A stretch of 42,820 bases of DNA, taken from the IMG/VR virus record IMGVR_UViG_3300021093_000144, positions 1 through 42,820 of that record; one strand, written 5' to 3'. This DNA is from a virus. Taxonomy: Duplodnaviria; Caudoviricetes. Shown one piece after another: positions 27,991 through 35,463 of the stretch. Under the pieces are notes generated by a model. That model was not told the origin of the DNA. It made no database searches and was given only the letters and a program-made list of their open reading frames with translations. A program made the translations under genes and the position numbers. Each line of letters starts with the position of its first letter. Position 1 is the stretch's first letter.

Positions 27991-29823
27991 TTAGTTTGGT
28001 ATTTTTACTAATTTACCGTACTCTGGAAGATAGAGATATTCGATATCGGATTTTTCCAGCGTCCACAGCGCATCATCGAGAGTTTCCACTAAAGGCTCGC
28101 CACCGAGATTGAAACTGGTATTAAACACTATAGGAATTCCAGTTTCATCTTTGAAAGCCTTGATTAGATCGTGGTAGTGTGGATTCTGCTCTCTGTTAAC
28201 TGTCTGTATGCGGCAGGTACCATCTTCATGTATGATCGAAGGAATCTTTTCGGCGATGCCCGGTTGGCAATTGACAGCATACATCATGAACGGTGAGTTT
28301 TTCATCCCTCTGAGGTCGAACCATTCGTGTACATCTTCTTCTAAGACAGATCCTGCGAACGGACGGAAGTACTCTCTACGTTTGACCATATTGACATAAT
28401 CTTTGCCGTCGGGGAATGTGGGATCAAACAGCACAGATCTATTACCCAATGCTCTAGGACCGTTTTCTGATCGACCTTGGAATATGGTCACGATATTCTT
28501 TTCACGTAGCAGTTTAACGATGTCTTTGTGTGCAGCATCGACAACTGTAGCGTCTTTGATCGCAGCAACCTTGCTTTCGATTTCTTCGTTGGTGTAACAA
28601 TATGAAGGTCCGAGATACAGCGTGTCGTGTACACGGATAGTTTCATCATTTTGCATTCCGTACCAAAACATCAGAGCAGCGCCAATCGCGGTGCCTGCAT
28701 CGTTCGAAATAGGTTCGACATAAAAATTGATGCCTTCTTTTTCGAGTTCTGCGAGATAATAATAATTGGCCACGCAATTGAGTCCATATCCCCCGCTGAG
28801 CACGACATTTTTACGCCCTGTCCGTTTGACCGCGTCTTTGATCAATTTAAGTACCTGCTCCTGGGTCTGTGTCTGCACCGCGTAGGCCATGTCTCTCCGG
28901 CTCTGTAGATAAGTGACATCATCGCCGGGGGCCTGAGGCATTTCATCTAGCCCGTCGAACAGATATCCGTTAACCATGGCACTCATTGGATACTTAGGAA
29001 CAAATAAATTCCTGTTTGTTAAAGGAATCTTAGATGTCTCATCAAACAATGGTGGGATTTTATCGTTAGGTCTGCCGTAGGGAAACAGTCCCATGGTTTT
29101 TCCGGCCTCGATCGCTGAAAATCCGCAGTATTCTGTCACTGCTTCATAGGCCTTGACTATACCTGCATGGTCAGTGACCCATGCTTCGTGCGTATCACCG
29201 TCTTCTCCTAGATTGTTGCTAGGAAAATTAGACAGATACGCTCCAGCGATAGGCTCTTTGGTGCCGTAGTGTTTGTATAATGTTTTGAACTCTGCAGGAT
29301 AATCACAGTTCACAATCGACTCAACTTCCCATACCCAGATCGGCATTTCGTTGTAAGACATCTGATAAAACGTTCCTGCTCCGTCAACCACTACGCTGAC
29401 CGCATCTTTGAATCCGCTGCGATAAAAAGCGCAGGCAGAATGTAATTTATGATGCATGAAACTTAGATCGATCACTTGCGGATGGCGATGCAGATCCTTG
29501 ACCTTGCGATCTATGAGATTCAACTTTCTCGCTAGACCAGTATATACATCGTCACCTGTATAGTCTATCTTACCAGCCGTTTCATAGAGATTCTGTGTAT
29601 GCGCGATTATCAAATAATCTAGTTTATCTGTGTATTCTAAAATTTTAACCATCGAGGCCAATGGACCGCCATCATATTTTTGGCGTGTGAATCTTTCCTC
29701 TTCGATGGCAAATACTATTTCGCCATCTTTGAGCAAACAAACGCCACTGTTATGCCCCCTAGCGATACCTGCTATCCAAACAGGTTTTTTCTCTTTTTTG
29801 ATTTCGATAGTTTTAACTGTCAT
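27991..29823 (-). CDS. Carbamoyltransferase, NodU/CmcH/TobZ family
   Basis: GHNSGVCL, EEERFTRQK, HHKLHSACAFY.S, VVDGAG, GKTMGL.PYG, LSGGYGLNCVAN, DAGTAIGAA, GRSENGPRALGNRS, KRREYFRPFA, HEDGTCRIQTV, NTSFNLGGEPLVET. Confidence 0.95.
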   Translation of the reverse strand: MTVKTIEIKKEKKPVWIAGIARGHNSGVCLLKDGEIVFAIEEERFTRQKYDGGPLASMVKILEYTDKLDYLIIAHTQNLYETAGKIDYTGDDVYTGLARKLNLIDRKVKDLHRHPQVIDLSFMHHKLHSACAFYRSGFKDAVSVVVDGAGTFYQMSYNEMPIWVWEVESIVNCDYPAEFKTLYKHYGTKEPIAGAYLSNFPSNNLGEDGDTHEAWVTDHAGIVKAYEAVTEYCGFSAIEAGKTMGLFPYGRPNDKIPPLFDETSKIPLTNRNLFVPKYPMSAMVNGYLFDGLDEMPQAPGDDVTYLQSRRDMAYAVQTQTQEQVLKLIKDAVKRTGRKNVVLSGGYGLNCVANYYYLAELEKEGINFYVEPISNDAGTAIGAALMFWYGMQNDETIRVHDTLYLGPSYCYTNEEIESKVAAIKDATVVDAAHKDIVKLLREKNIVTIFQGRSENGPRALGNRSVLFDPTFPDGKDYVNMVKRREYFRPFAGSVLEEDVHEWFDLRGMKNSPFMMYAVNCQPGIAEKIPSIIHEDGTCRIQTVNREQNPHYHDLIKAFKDETGIPIVFNTSFNLGGEPLVETLDDALWTLEKSDIEYLYLPEYGKLVKIPN

Positions 29824-30754
29824 CTCTTTTTCCTAGTACGTGTTCCACTACCAATGTGGTAATATCGTCATTCATCGTCATTATATTTTCATTTAGTCTA
29901 TCCACACGTTCGTCTGGGAGAATGCGGATCGGACTGTACTCTCGACTCACCTCTCCCATATCTAGTATATCAAAATAATCGCAATCTGGATATGATACAT
30001 TGATAGGATATGTCGATCCCGTGATAACTGTAGAAGGAGTTTCCATGATATAGGCTAGATGCTGTCCTAGGCTATCGCATCCAAGGAAATGCTGGGCATA
30101 TTTGATGATCGCTGCCCAAATACGGAAATTGACATTTTCCGGCATGGCCACTTCATCTTTGAGTTTGGCGTCAGACAGATCTATCTTAAACTCGCTCATT
30201 AATATCACAGCAAAGTCTTTTTCTTGTAGTTTTTTTATGATCTGCTTGACATCTTTTAATTCGAAACTCCTTGCGGTTCTATCCACTAGAGTTTCGTCAA
30301 TGTATTCGATACCTCGACCAAATGGCTGTAAAACTACTAACTTGTCTTTTTTGAGTTTCTGTTTAACCTGGCTCACTACCTGTCGACCATTCAATAGTTC
30401 ATCTTTGCTGAGTCTGAACGTCGGTTTTGGTAATTCTCTGATGCCCTTGTCATTGATCTGTATATCAAAGGCCTGTGCGATAGAACACTGTTGATTATAA
30501 TATTCCCAGATCCTGTAAGGTTCAGTGGTAACGATATCTCGATCGCGCAAATAATCTTTGAACAGTCCTTTATGCCAAACATCATAAGTTCTGCTGTCTA
30601 AGGTAGGATGCCCTTTGAAAACATCTGTACCGCCTTCGCAGACGATGATAAAATCTCTATCTCCCGATTCTTCTTCGTACTTTTCGAATGCTGGAACAGA
30701 TGTGATCATGCGGCCAGCGCCACCGTTTACGAAGAATGCTTTTGATCTGGTCAT
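29813..30754 (-). CDS. GT-B glycosyltransferase, GT9 (heptosyltransferase)-like
   Basis: N-terminal GGAGRMITSVPA (analogous to GD....P), VVLQPFG, C-domain AAIIKYA.HFLGCDSLGQHLA.....PSTVI.GST. Confidence 0.75.
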   Translation of the reverse strand: MTRSKAFFVNGGAGRMITSVPAFEKYEEESGDRDFIIVCEGGTDVFKGHPTLDSRTYDVWHKGLFKDYLRDRDIVTTEPYRIWEYYNQQCSIAQAFDIQINDKGIRELPKPTFRLSKDELLNGRQVVSQVKQKLKKDKLVVLQPFGRGIEYIDETLVDRTARSFELKDVKQIIKKLQEKDFAVILMSEFKIDLSDAKLKDEVAMPENVNFRIWAAIIKYAQHFLGCDSLGQHLAYIMETPSTVITGSTYPINVSYPDCDYFDILDMGEVSREYSPIRILPDERVDRLNENIMTMNDDITTLVVEHVLGKRDDS

Positions 30755-30768
30755 TTAAACTCCAATAA

Positions 30769-30821
30769 AAAAGGCCTTGTACAGATTATATATCCTCAGG
30801 GATAAATGTACAAGACCTTTT
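30769..30821 (-). terminator. Long hairpin with U-tract (terminator-like)
   Basis: Minus strand AAAAGGTCTTGTACA...TGTACAAGGCCTTTTTT, a 15-bp stem with one G.U pair and an inner TATCC-CTGA-GGATA stem. Confidence 0.65.
30785..30813 (-). promoter_or_regulatory. Sigma70-type promoter for the glycosyltransferase-carbamoyltransferase pair
   Basis: Minus strand TTGTAC-N17-TATAAT, with SD GGAG before ATG 30754. Confidence 0.6.
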
Positions 30822-30831
30822 CTGGTTTAAA

Positions 30832-31476
30832 TTACAGTGGTGGTGTTGAGAGACAGTTTATCTTCCAATGATCCACATTGGCATATTTTGTGGGTACAGA
30901 TTCACAAAATTCGTAGTGTGTTTTGAATTTTTCTAGATCTGCTGCTAGATAATTACCGCTGTTATAGGCATCTCTGTATGTTTTTGCCTGTTGAGCCATA
31001 GATGCCAAGAAATCCTGCCTAGTAATGGCATGCACACGATATCTTGGGCGTATCCAAGTATTTGTTGGACGGTCGTAGCGGATATCATCGACGTAGAATG
31101 GCTGTGTTAAAGCACCGTTGAAGTCATCGTAGTTGTATTCCCAGGTTTCGCCGGTAGGCAGAGTTTCTCGATAGTTTGGAACTTCACCATGCTCGTACTC
31201 GTTAGTGATGTGTGCTGCTTCCCAAGTATGGGTTTCGGCATCTAGCACGATCTGGAAAGTGTCACCATCGAGTGCCAGTTGTTCCTTAGTCATCTTAAAA
31301 GGCTCTAATTCTTCTGCGGTATCTGCTCGTCTTTCCAAGGCAAACATGGTTCCATCACCGTTCAAACGGATCAACAGGAATCGTCTACCGGTGTAGATAC
31401 AATCTACTGTGATGTTTTTCTTGGTAGTGGTCTTGTATGGTTCGTCTGGAAGAACCGTTTTAAATGCTTTTCTCAT
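30832..31476 (-). CDS. Hypothetical protein, possible tail-fibre assembly chaperone (Tfa-like)
   Basis: Directly abuts the last Cys-rich gene; helical C-terminus ending HWKINCLSTPPL loosely resembles Tfa-type ends. Confidence 0.45.
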   Translation of the reverse strand: MRKAFKTVLPDEPYKTTTKKNITVDCIYTGRRFLLIRLNGDGTMFALERRADTAEELEPFKMTKEQLALDGDTFQIVLDAETHTWEAAHITNEYEHGEVPNYRETLPTGETWEYNYDDFNGALTQPFYVDDIRYDRPTNTWIRPRYRVHAITRQDFLASMAQQAKTYRDAYNSGNYLAADLEKFKTHYEFCESVPTKYANVDHWKINCLSTPPL

Positions 31477-32472
31477 TTATACCCTCTCGATAAAGTTTAT
31501 TCTAATTAGTCCTAGGCCGCCTCGATACCCATTATCTCTGACATCGGGGCAGGGCTGCGCCGGTAAGCCACCCATGCCTGGAGGAATGAACGGCATACAA
31601 CCAGTGACATCATAGCAACCGCAGGCTCTAGTATGTTGGCTGTAGCAGGCGGTCCATGGATTACCTCTAGCCGGGCTGCGGCTCATGGCGTTCAATGCGG
31701 AAATAAAATTGTGATAGCCCATGCCTGACCACTCTGAAAACCCGCTGTCTGAGTCTCGAGTGAACGTGACCACACCTCCATCGCAGGCAAACATGCCTGG
31801 AGGAATAGCCACGTGATTGTGTGTGGCACAGGGGCATGAACTGCCATTAGTACCAAAGAATGTGGCGCAACTGAATCCGCCGCGCTTGTTTATGTCTCCA
31901 CCATATGCTTCTGCGCAGCAAGAACCAGTACCTGAACCAAAGTTACAGATCATGCCCTGTGATCCACCGAAGTTGGTGTTGCAGTAGTTACCTGCGGTAA
32001 AGCAGCAGTAACCGCCCGTGCCCGTAGAGCACCATGTTACTCCGCCCCGTCCTCCCTGTGTGCAGATGCAGCCGTTTATGGCTGCACCTGTGTTTGGATT
32101 GCGACCGAACCAACAGACGCAGGACGCTTCTGAACAACCACGGAAGCATAAAGCGTCAGCATTGTTGCACGATCTACCTACATATCCGCAGATAAAGTCT
32201 CCGGCGTTGACGCAGACGCATCTCCTGGCATAGGCGCCTGGATTTCCCGGTATGCCCATGCCGCAGCAGCACATACGAGCACCACTGCCCCCGGCCCCCC
32301 AGACATCTAAGATCACTTTTCCTTGACAGCAGGCGATCCAGCAGAAGCCATTGACAAAGTTAGCGTATTCCGTGCCTGGAGTGTAACTCCATATGCGGCC
32401 TTTTTCTAGATTGGTCTCGTCGAAATCGATCTGGTCTAGTTTTTGTTCTACCAATGTTCTTAAGTTAGCCAT
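31477..32472 (-). CDS. Cys-rich, Gly-rich adhesin-like protein, paralog 3
   Basis: About 32 Cys in 331 aa (hand count); DVWGAGGSG, MCCCG, QGGRGG, RGGLGLIRI. Confidence 0.75.
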   Translation of the reverse strand: MANLRTLVEQKLDQIDFDETNLEKGRIWSYTPGTEYANFVNGFCWIACCQGKVILDVWGAGGSGARMCCCGMGIPGNPGAYARRCVCVNAGDFICGYVGRSCNNADALCFRGCSEASCVCWFGRNPNTGAAINGCICTQGGRGGVTWCSTGTGGYCCFTAGNYCNTNFGGSQGMICNFGSGTGSCCAEAYGGDINKRGGFSCATFFGTNGSSCPCATHNHVAIPPGMFACDGGVVTFTRDSDSGFSEWSGMGYHNFISALNAMSRSPARGNPWTACYSQHTRACGCYDVTGCMPFIPPGMGGLPAQPCPDVRDNGYRGGLGLIRINFIERV

Positions 32473-32473
32473 G

Positions 32474-32524
32474 TTATCTCGACCCGCCTCCTGTTGTTAA
32501 AAAATAGAATTTTGATTTGTCCAT
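32474..32524 (-). CDS. 16-aa mini-ORF bridging two Cys-rich paralogs
   Basis: MDKSKFYFLTTGGGSR*; starts 1 nt after the upstream TGA and ends 1 nt before the next ATG. Confidence 0.35.
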   Translation of the reverse strand: MDKSKFYFLTTGGGSR

Positions 32525-32525
32525 A

Positions 32526-33755
32526 TCAGTAACTGCTGCCCCCAGCGATAGGTATGAATTTGATGCGCACAGCACCCATACCGCCACGACCTGCGTGATC
32601 TCTAACGTTCGGGCAAGGATGTGGAGCTGCTCCAGGAACACCCACGGGCATGAAACTCATGCAGCCCTGCATCTCATAGCAGCCGCAGGATCTCTGGTTG
32701 TTCCAGCAGGTATAGTGTTCGTTGTGGCTGGGTGATCGGCTCAAGGATTTCAGCGCATTGAAATGCACAGCCTGTGACGATCCCGACCAACCTCCCATGA
32801 TGCTGTCGTCCGAGTATGAAGTATAGGTAAACGTGCCTCCATCTTCTGCGAACAGGCCTGCGGCCGTGGGCACGTGATATTGGTACATACATGGGCAGGT
32901 CTGTAAGCAGGCATGGAACGACACGCAGCTCCACAGACCGCAGCAGTTGATGTCGCCGCCAAAACCGCAGGCCACGTTGTAGCCGTTCTGGCACCAATTG
33001 CAGATTATACCGCAGGCTGAGTTACCTGTATCGCACATGTTGTGTCCGGGTCCTAGACCCGTACCACAGAAATAACCTGTTCTGAAACAAGAATAAGGTG
33101 ATTTGGTATCCATACAGAACGATATGCCGCCTCGCCCTCCCTGTGCGCAGAGACAGCCGCGTGTGAAGTTGCCGCCTAATCTGCCCACGGTACAGCATCT
33201 ACCCGTGCTGCAACAGAGTTCGCAGCCTTGGTTAGCACCTATCATGTTTGTACGATCGCCTCGTCCCTGGATGGGACCGTTGGCTGTGCTGATCATATCT
33301 GAACCCTGCGAGCCCCATCCCCAGGGATTGCTGGGGACCTTGTCATCATACTCATCGGCACGCTGTCCGCCTTCGTTGAGATTGTGATGCGAGCAACCAA
33401 ACCAGCACACGCAGGTGGCCTCTGAACAGCCACGGAAACACAGCGCTGAAGAGTTATTGCAGGAGCGTCCAATGTAGCCACAGACGAAATTTCCCGATGC
33501 CACGCAGACGCATTTCCTTAGATACGCAGGGGCGTTACCTGGTGTACCTGCTCCGCAGCAGCACATCTGTGCTCCTGAACCAGCAGAACCCCATACATCG
33601 ATCTGGATGAATCCGCAACCGGGCGCACGCCAGCAGAAACCATTACAGAATCCGGTGTACATAGTTCCTTCTTGATAGACCCAGATACGACCTTTTTCTA
33701 GATTATCCTCGAAAGCCAAATCTCTGCCACCTAGCAGTGTTGATAACTTTGCCAT
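32526..33755 (-). CDS. Cys-rich, Gly-rich adhesin-like protein, paralog 2 (with internal insertion)
   Basis: About 41 Cys in 409 aa (hand count); DVWGSAGSG, MCCCG, QGGRGG, RGGMGAVRI. Confidence 0.75.
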   Translation of the reverse strand: MAKLSTLLGGRDLAFEDNLEKGRIWVYQEGTMYTGFCNGFCWRAPGCGFIQIDVWGSAGSGAQMCCCGAGTPGNAPAYLRKCVCVASGNFVCGYIGRSCNNSSALCFRGCSEATCVCWFGCSHHNLNEGGQRADEYDDKVPSNPWGWGSQGSDMISTANGPIQGRGDRTNMIGANQGCELCCSTGRCCTVGRLGGNFTRGCLCAQGGRGGISFCMDTKSPYSCFRTGYFCGTGLGPGHNMCDTGNSACGIICNWCQNGYNVACGFGGDINCCGLWSCVSFHACLQTCPCMYQYHVPTAAGLFAEDGGTFTYTSYSDDSIMGGWSGSSQAVHFNALKSLSRSPSHNEHYTCWNNQRSCGCYEMQGCMSFMPVGVPGAAPHPCPNVRDHAGRGGMGAVRIKFIPIAGGSSY

Positions 33756-33756
33756 A

Positions 33757-34776
33757 TCAGTACATACCTCCTAGTTTAGCACAGTTTTGGCCGTACATGT
33801 TAGTTCCTCTATAGGTCAATCTAATAGCGCCCATGCCACCTCGCTTGCCGTGGTCTCTGACATCTGGGCAGGGATAGGATCCAATGCCGCCCACGCCATA
33901 GGAATTGAACGGTATGCAGCCATACATTTCATAACAACCGCAGCTCTGTGTTGAAGAATAACAGGTGATCCATGATATACCCGAAACCGGAGAACGGCTC
34001 AGGGCGTTCTGAGAATATTGATGCTGTAGCAGACCCGTGCCGCTCCATTGAGTGAATTCTGGATCTTCTTCTGGCAGAGACGATATCACGCCACCTTGAT
34101 CGCTGAATATTCCTGGTGCGTAGGCCACGAACTGGTGTATGTAGCAGGGCCGAGGATTGCCCGTGTTACAGAAGAAATGCATGTAACTGATGCAGCCGCA
34201 GCAGTTGGTGTCACCGCCATAGCCACAGCCGATATGGCCACCGGAACATTGATTGCAGATGATACCACAACTGCTGCCAAACAGAGTGTGACAGAATCCT
34301 GCTGCTACGAAACAGCAGTACATGGCCGTGCTGGTCGAACAGATCGATGTGCCGCCTCGGCCTCCTTGTGCGCACATGCAGCCGTTTGAGTAGCCGCAGA
34401 GGTCTCGAGCGTTGCACCAGGCTAGATAACTAGCTAATCCGCAACCGCTGAAGCAGAGATCGTGTGCGTTACAGGCCATACCTGGACAGGCACAGATCGC
34501 TGAGTTACAGAACACAGCCAAACATTTTCTCGTGTATCCGGGAGCATTTCCTGGTAGACCGCTACCGCAGCAGCACATGCGAGATCCACTACCTGCTGCT
34601 CCCCACATTTCTATTTCTAAGACACCACAGCCCGGAGATGCCCAGCACCAGTTCATATCTGATCGAATACAGGCGAACATACCACCGTTGGTCACGGTGT
34701 ACACTCGGCCCTTCTCCAGATTTGTCTGGTTGGCCGCGATCTCTCTGGTGGATAGTAGATCAGTAAGTCTTGCCAT
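33757..34776 (-). CDS. Cys-rich, Gly-rich adhesin-like protein, paralog 1
   Basis: About 36 Cys in 339 aa (hand count); EMWGAAGSG, MCCCG, QGGRGG, RGGMGAIRL. Confidence 0.75.
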   Translation of the reverse strand: MARLTDLLSTREIAANQTNLEKGRVYTVTNGGMFACIRSDMNWCWASPGCGVLEIEMWGAAGSGSRMCCCGSGLPGNAPGYTRKCLAVFCNSAICACPGMACNAHDLCFSGCGLASYLAWCNARDLCGYSNGCMCAQGGRGGTSICSTSTAMYCCFVAAGFCHTLFGSSCGIICNQCSGGHIGCGYGGDTNCCGCISYMHFFCNTGNPRPCYIHQFVAYAPGIFSDQGGVISSLPEEDPEFTQWSGTGLLQHQYSQNALSRSPVSGISWITCYSSTQSCGCYEMYGCIPFNSYGVGGIGSYPCPDVRDHGKRGGMGAIRLTYRGTNMYGQNCAKLGGMY

Positions 34777-34788
34777 TTTATTTTCCTA

Positions 34789-35115
34789 TTAGGGTCCGAT
34801 AAAGACCCAACCAAATGTTACGCCCGAATAAATCATCGTTACAGCAGCGTTGTTCATGTCTAAAACTAAATTTTCTGTCAAGTTCTGGATCTTTTCTCCA
34901 TTTCTCGCTATGGTTACATTGTTCGTAGCGAAAATCCCCGCGACATCGATGATTTGGATGGTATCCCCCACTACTGGTGTAGCGGGCAGGGTGAGTGTAA
35001 ATGCCCCCGAAGTGGCATTAGCGAATATTCTTTCACCTGCAGTAAGAGTGGCCGTGGCAGTCACGGTTCTGTTGGATACTGCATCGGTTCCGAAAGATGA
35101 TACTTGTCGTCCCAT
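34789..35115 (-). CDS. Stand-alone tail-fibre domain resembling the T4 gp34/gp9-gp10-type repeat
   Basis: GAFTLTLPATP.VGD.I.IID....F.TNN.TI.RNG.KI......L.LD.....V..IY.....GW. Confidence 0.7.
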   Translation of the reverse strand: MGRQVSSFGTDAVSNRTVTATATLTAGERIFANATSGAFTLTLPATPVVGDTIQIIDVAGIFATNNVTIARNGEKIQNLTENLVLDMNNAAVTMIYSGVTFGWVFIGP

Positions 35116-35129
35116 TTTATTCTCCTAAA

Positions 35130-35450
35130 TTATACTGTTGAAGTCTCTATACCATACGCATTCACTGATACGTTGGCATTGCTGGCGTATACTACGAGAC
35201 GTTTGCCAGCGTCCATCATGATACCTGTTCGTTCTAACACCCCGTTAGATCCTATCTGAACATCATATTCGATGTATTCTGCGTTTGTCGGACTCGCGCC
35301 TGCGGCTAAAGCGACTCTGACCGAAACTGCTGTGCTTCCTCGGTTCAGCACATTTATGCTCAGAACCGTAAAAGTAGTGGCAGGCACGGTATACACTGTT
35401 GTATTTGTTGTCGCTGCCAGTGTTGATTGACCTAATAATCCTGTTGCCAT
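35130..35450 (-). CDS. Small beta-sandwich virion/fibre protein
   Basis: TTVYTVPA, VLNRG, IEYD, LERTGI, VNAYGIE pattern typical of small fibre-associated proteins; SD GGAG. Confidence 0.65.
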   Translation of the reverse strand: MATGLLGQSTLAATTNTTVYTVPATTFTVLSINVLNRGSTAVSVRVALAAGASPTNAEYIEYDVQIGSNGVLERTGIMMDAGKRLVVYASNANVSVNAYGIETSTV

Positions 35451-35463
35451 TTAAAATTCTCCA

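Noticed and set aside
31477-34776. Diversity-generating retroelement targeting the adhesin paralogs
   Set aside because: No reverse transcriptase and no near-identical template/variable repeat pair differing at adenines is visible in the window.
34777-34791. In-frame junction between the 108-aa gene and Cys-rich paralog 1, suggesting a read-through fusion
   Set aside because: Two consecutive stops (TAA TAG) and a separate AGGA SD precede the next ATG; an in-frame junction arises by chance one time in three.
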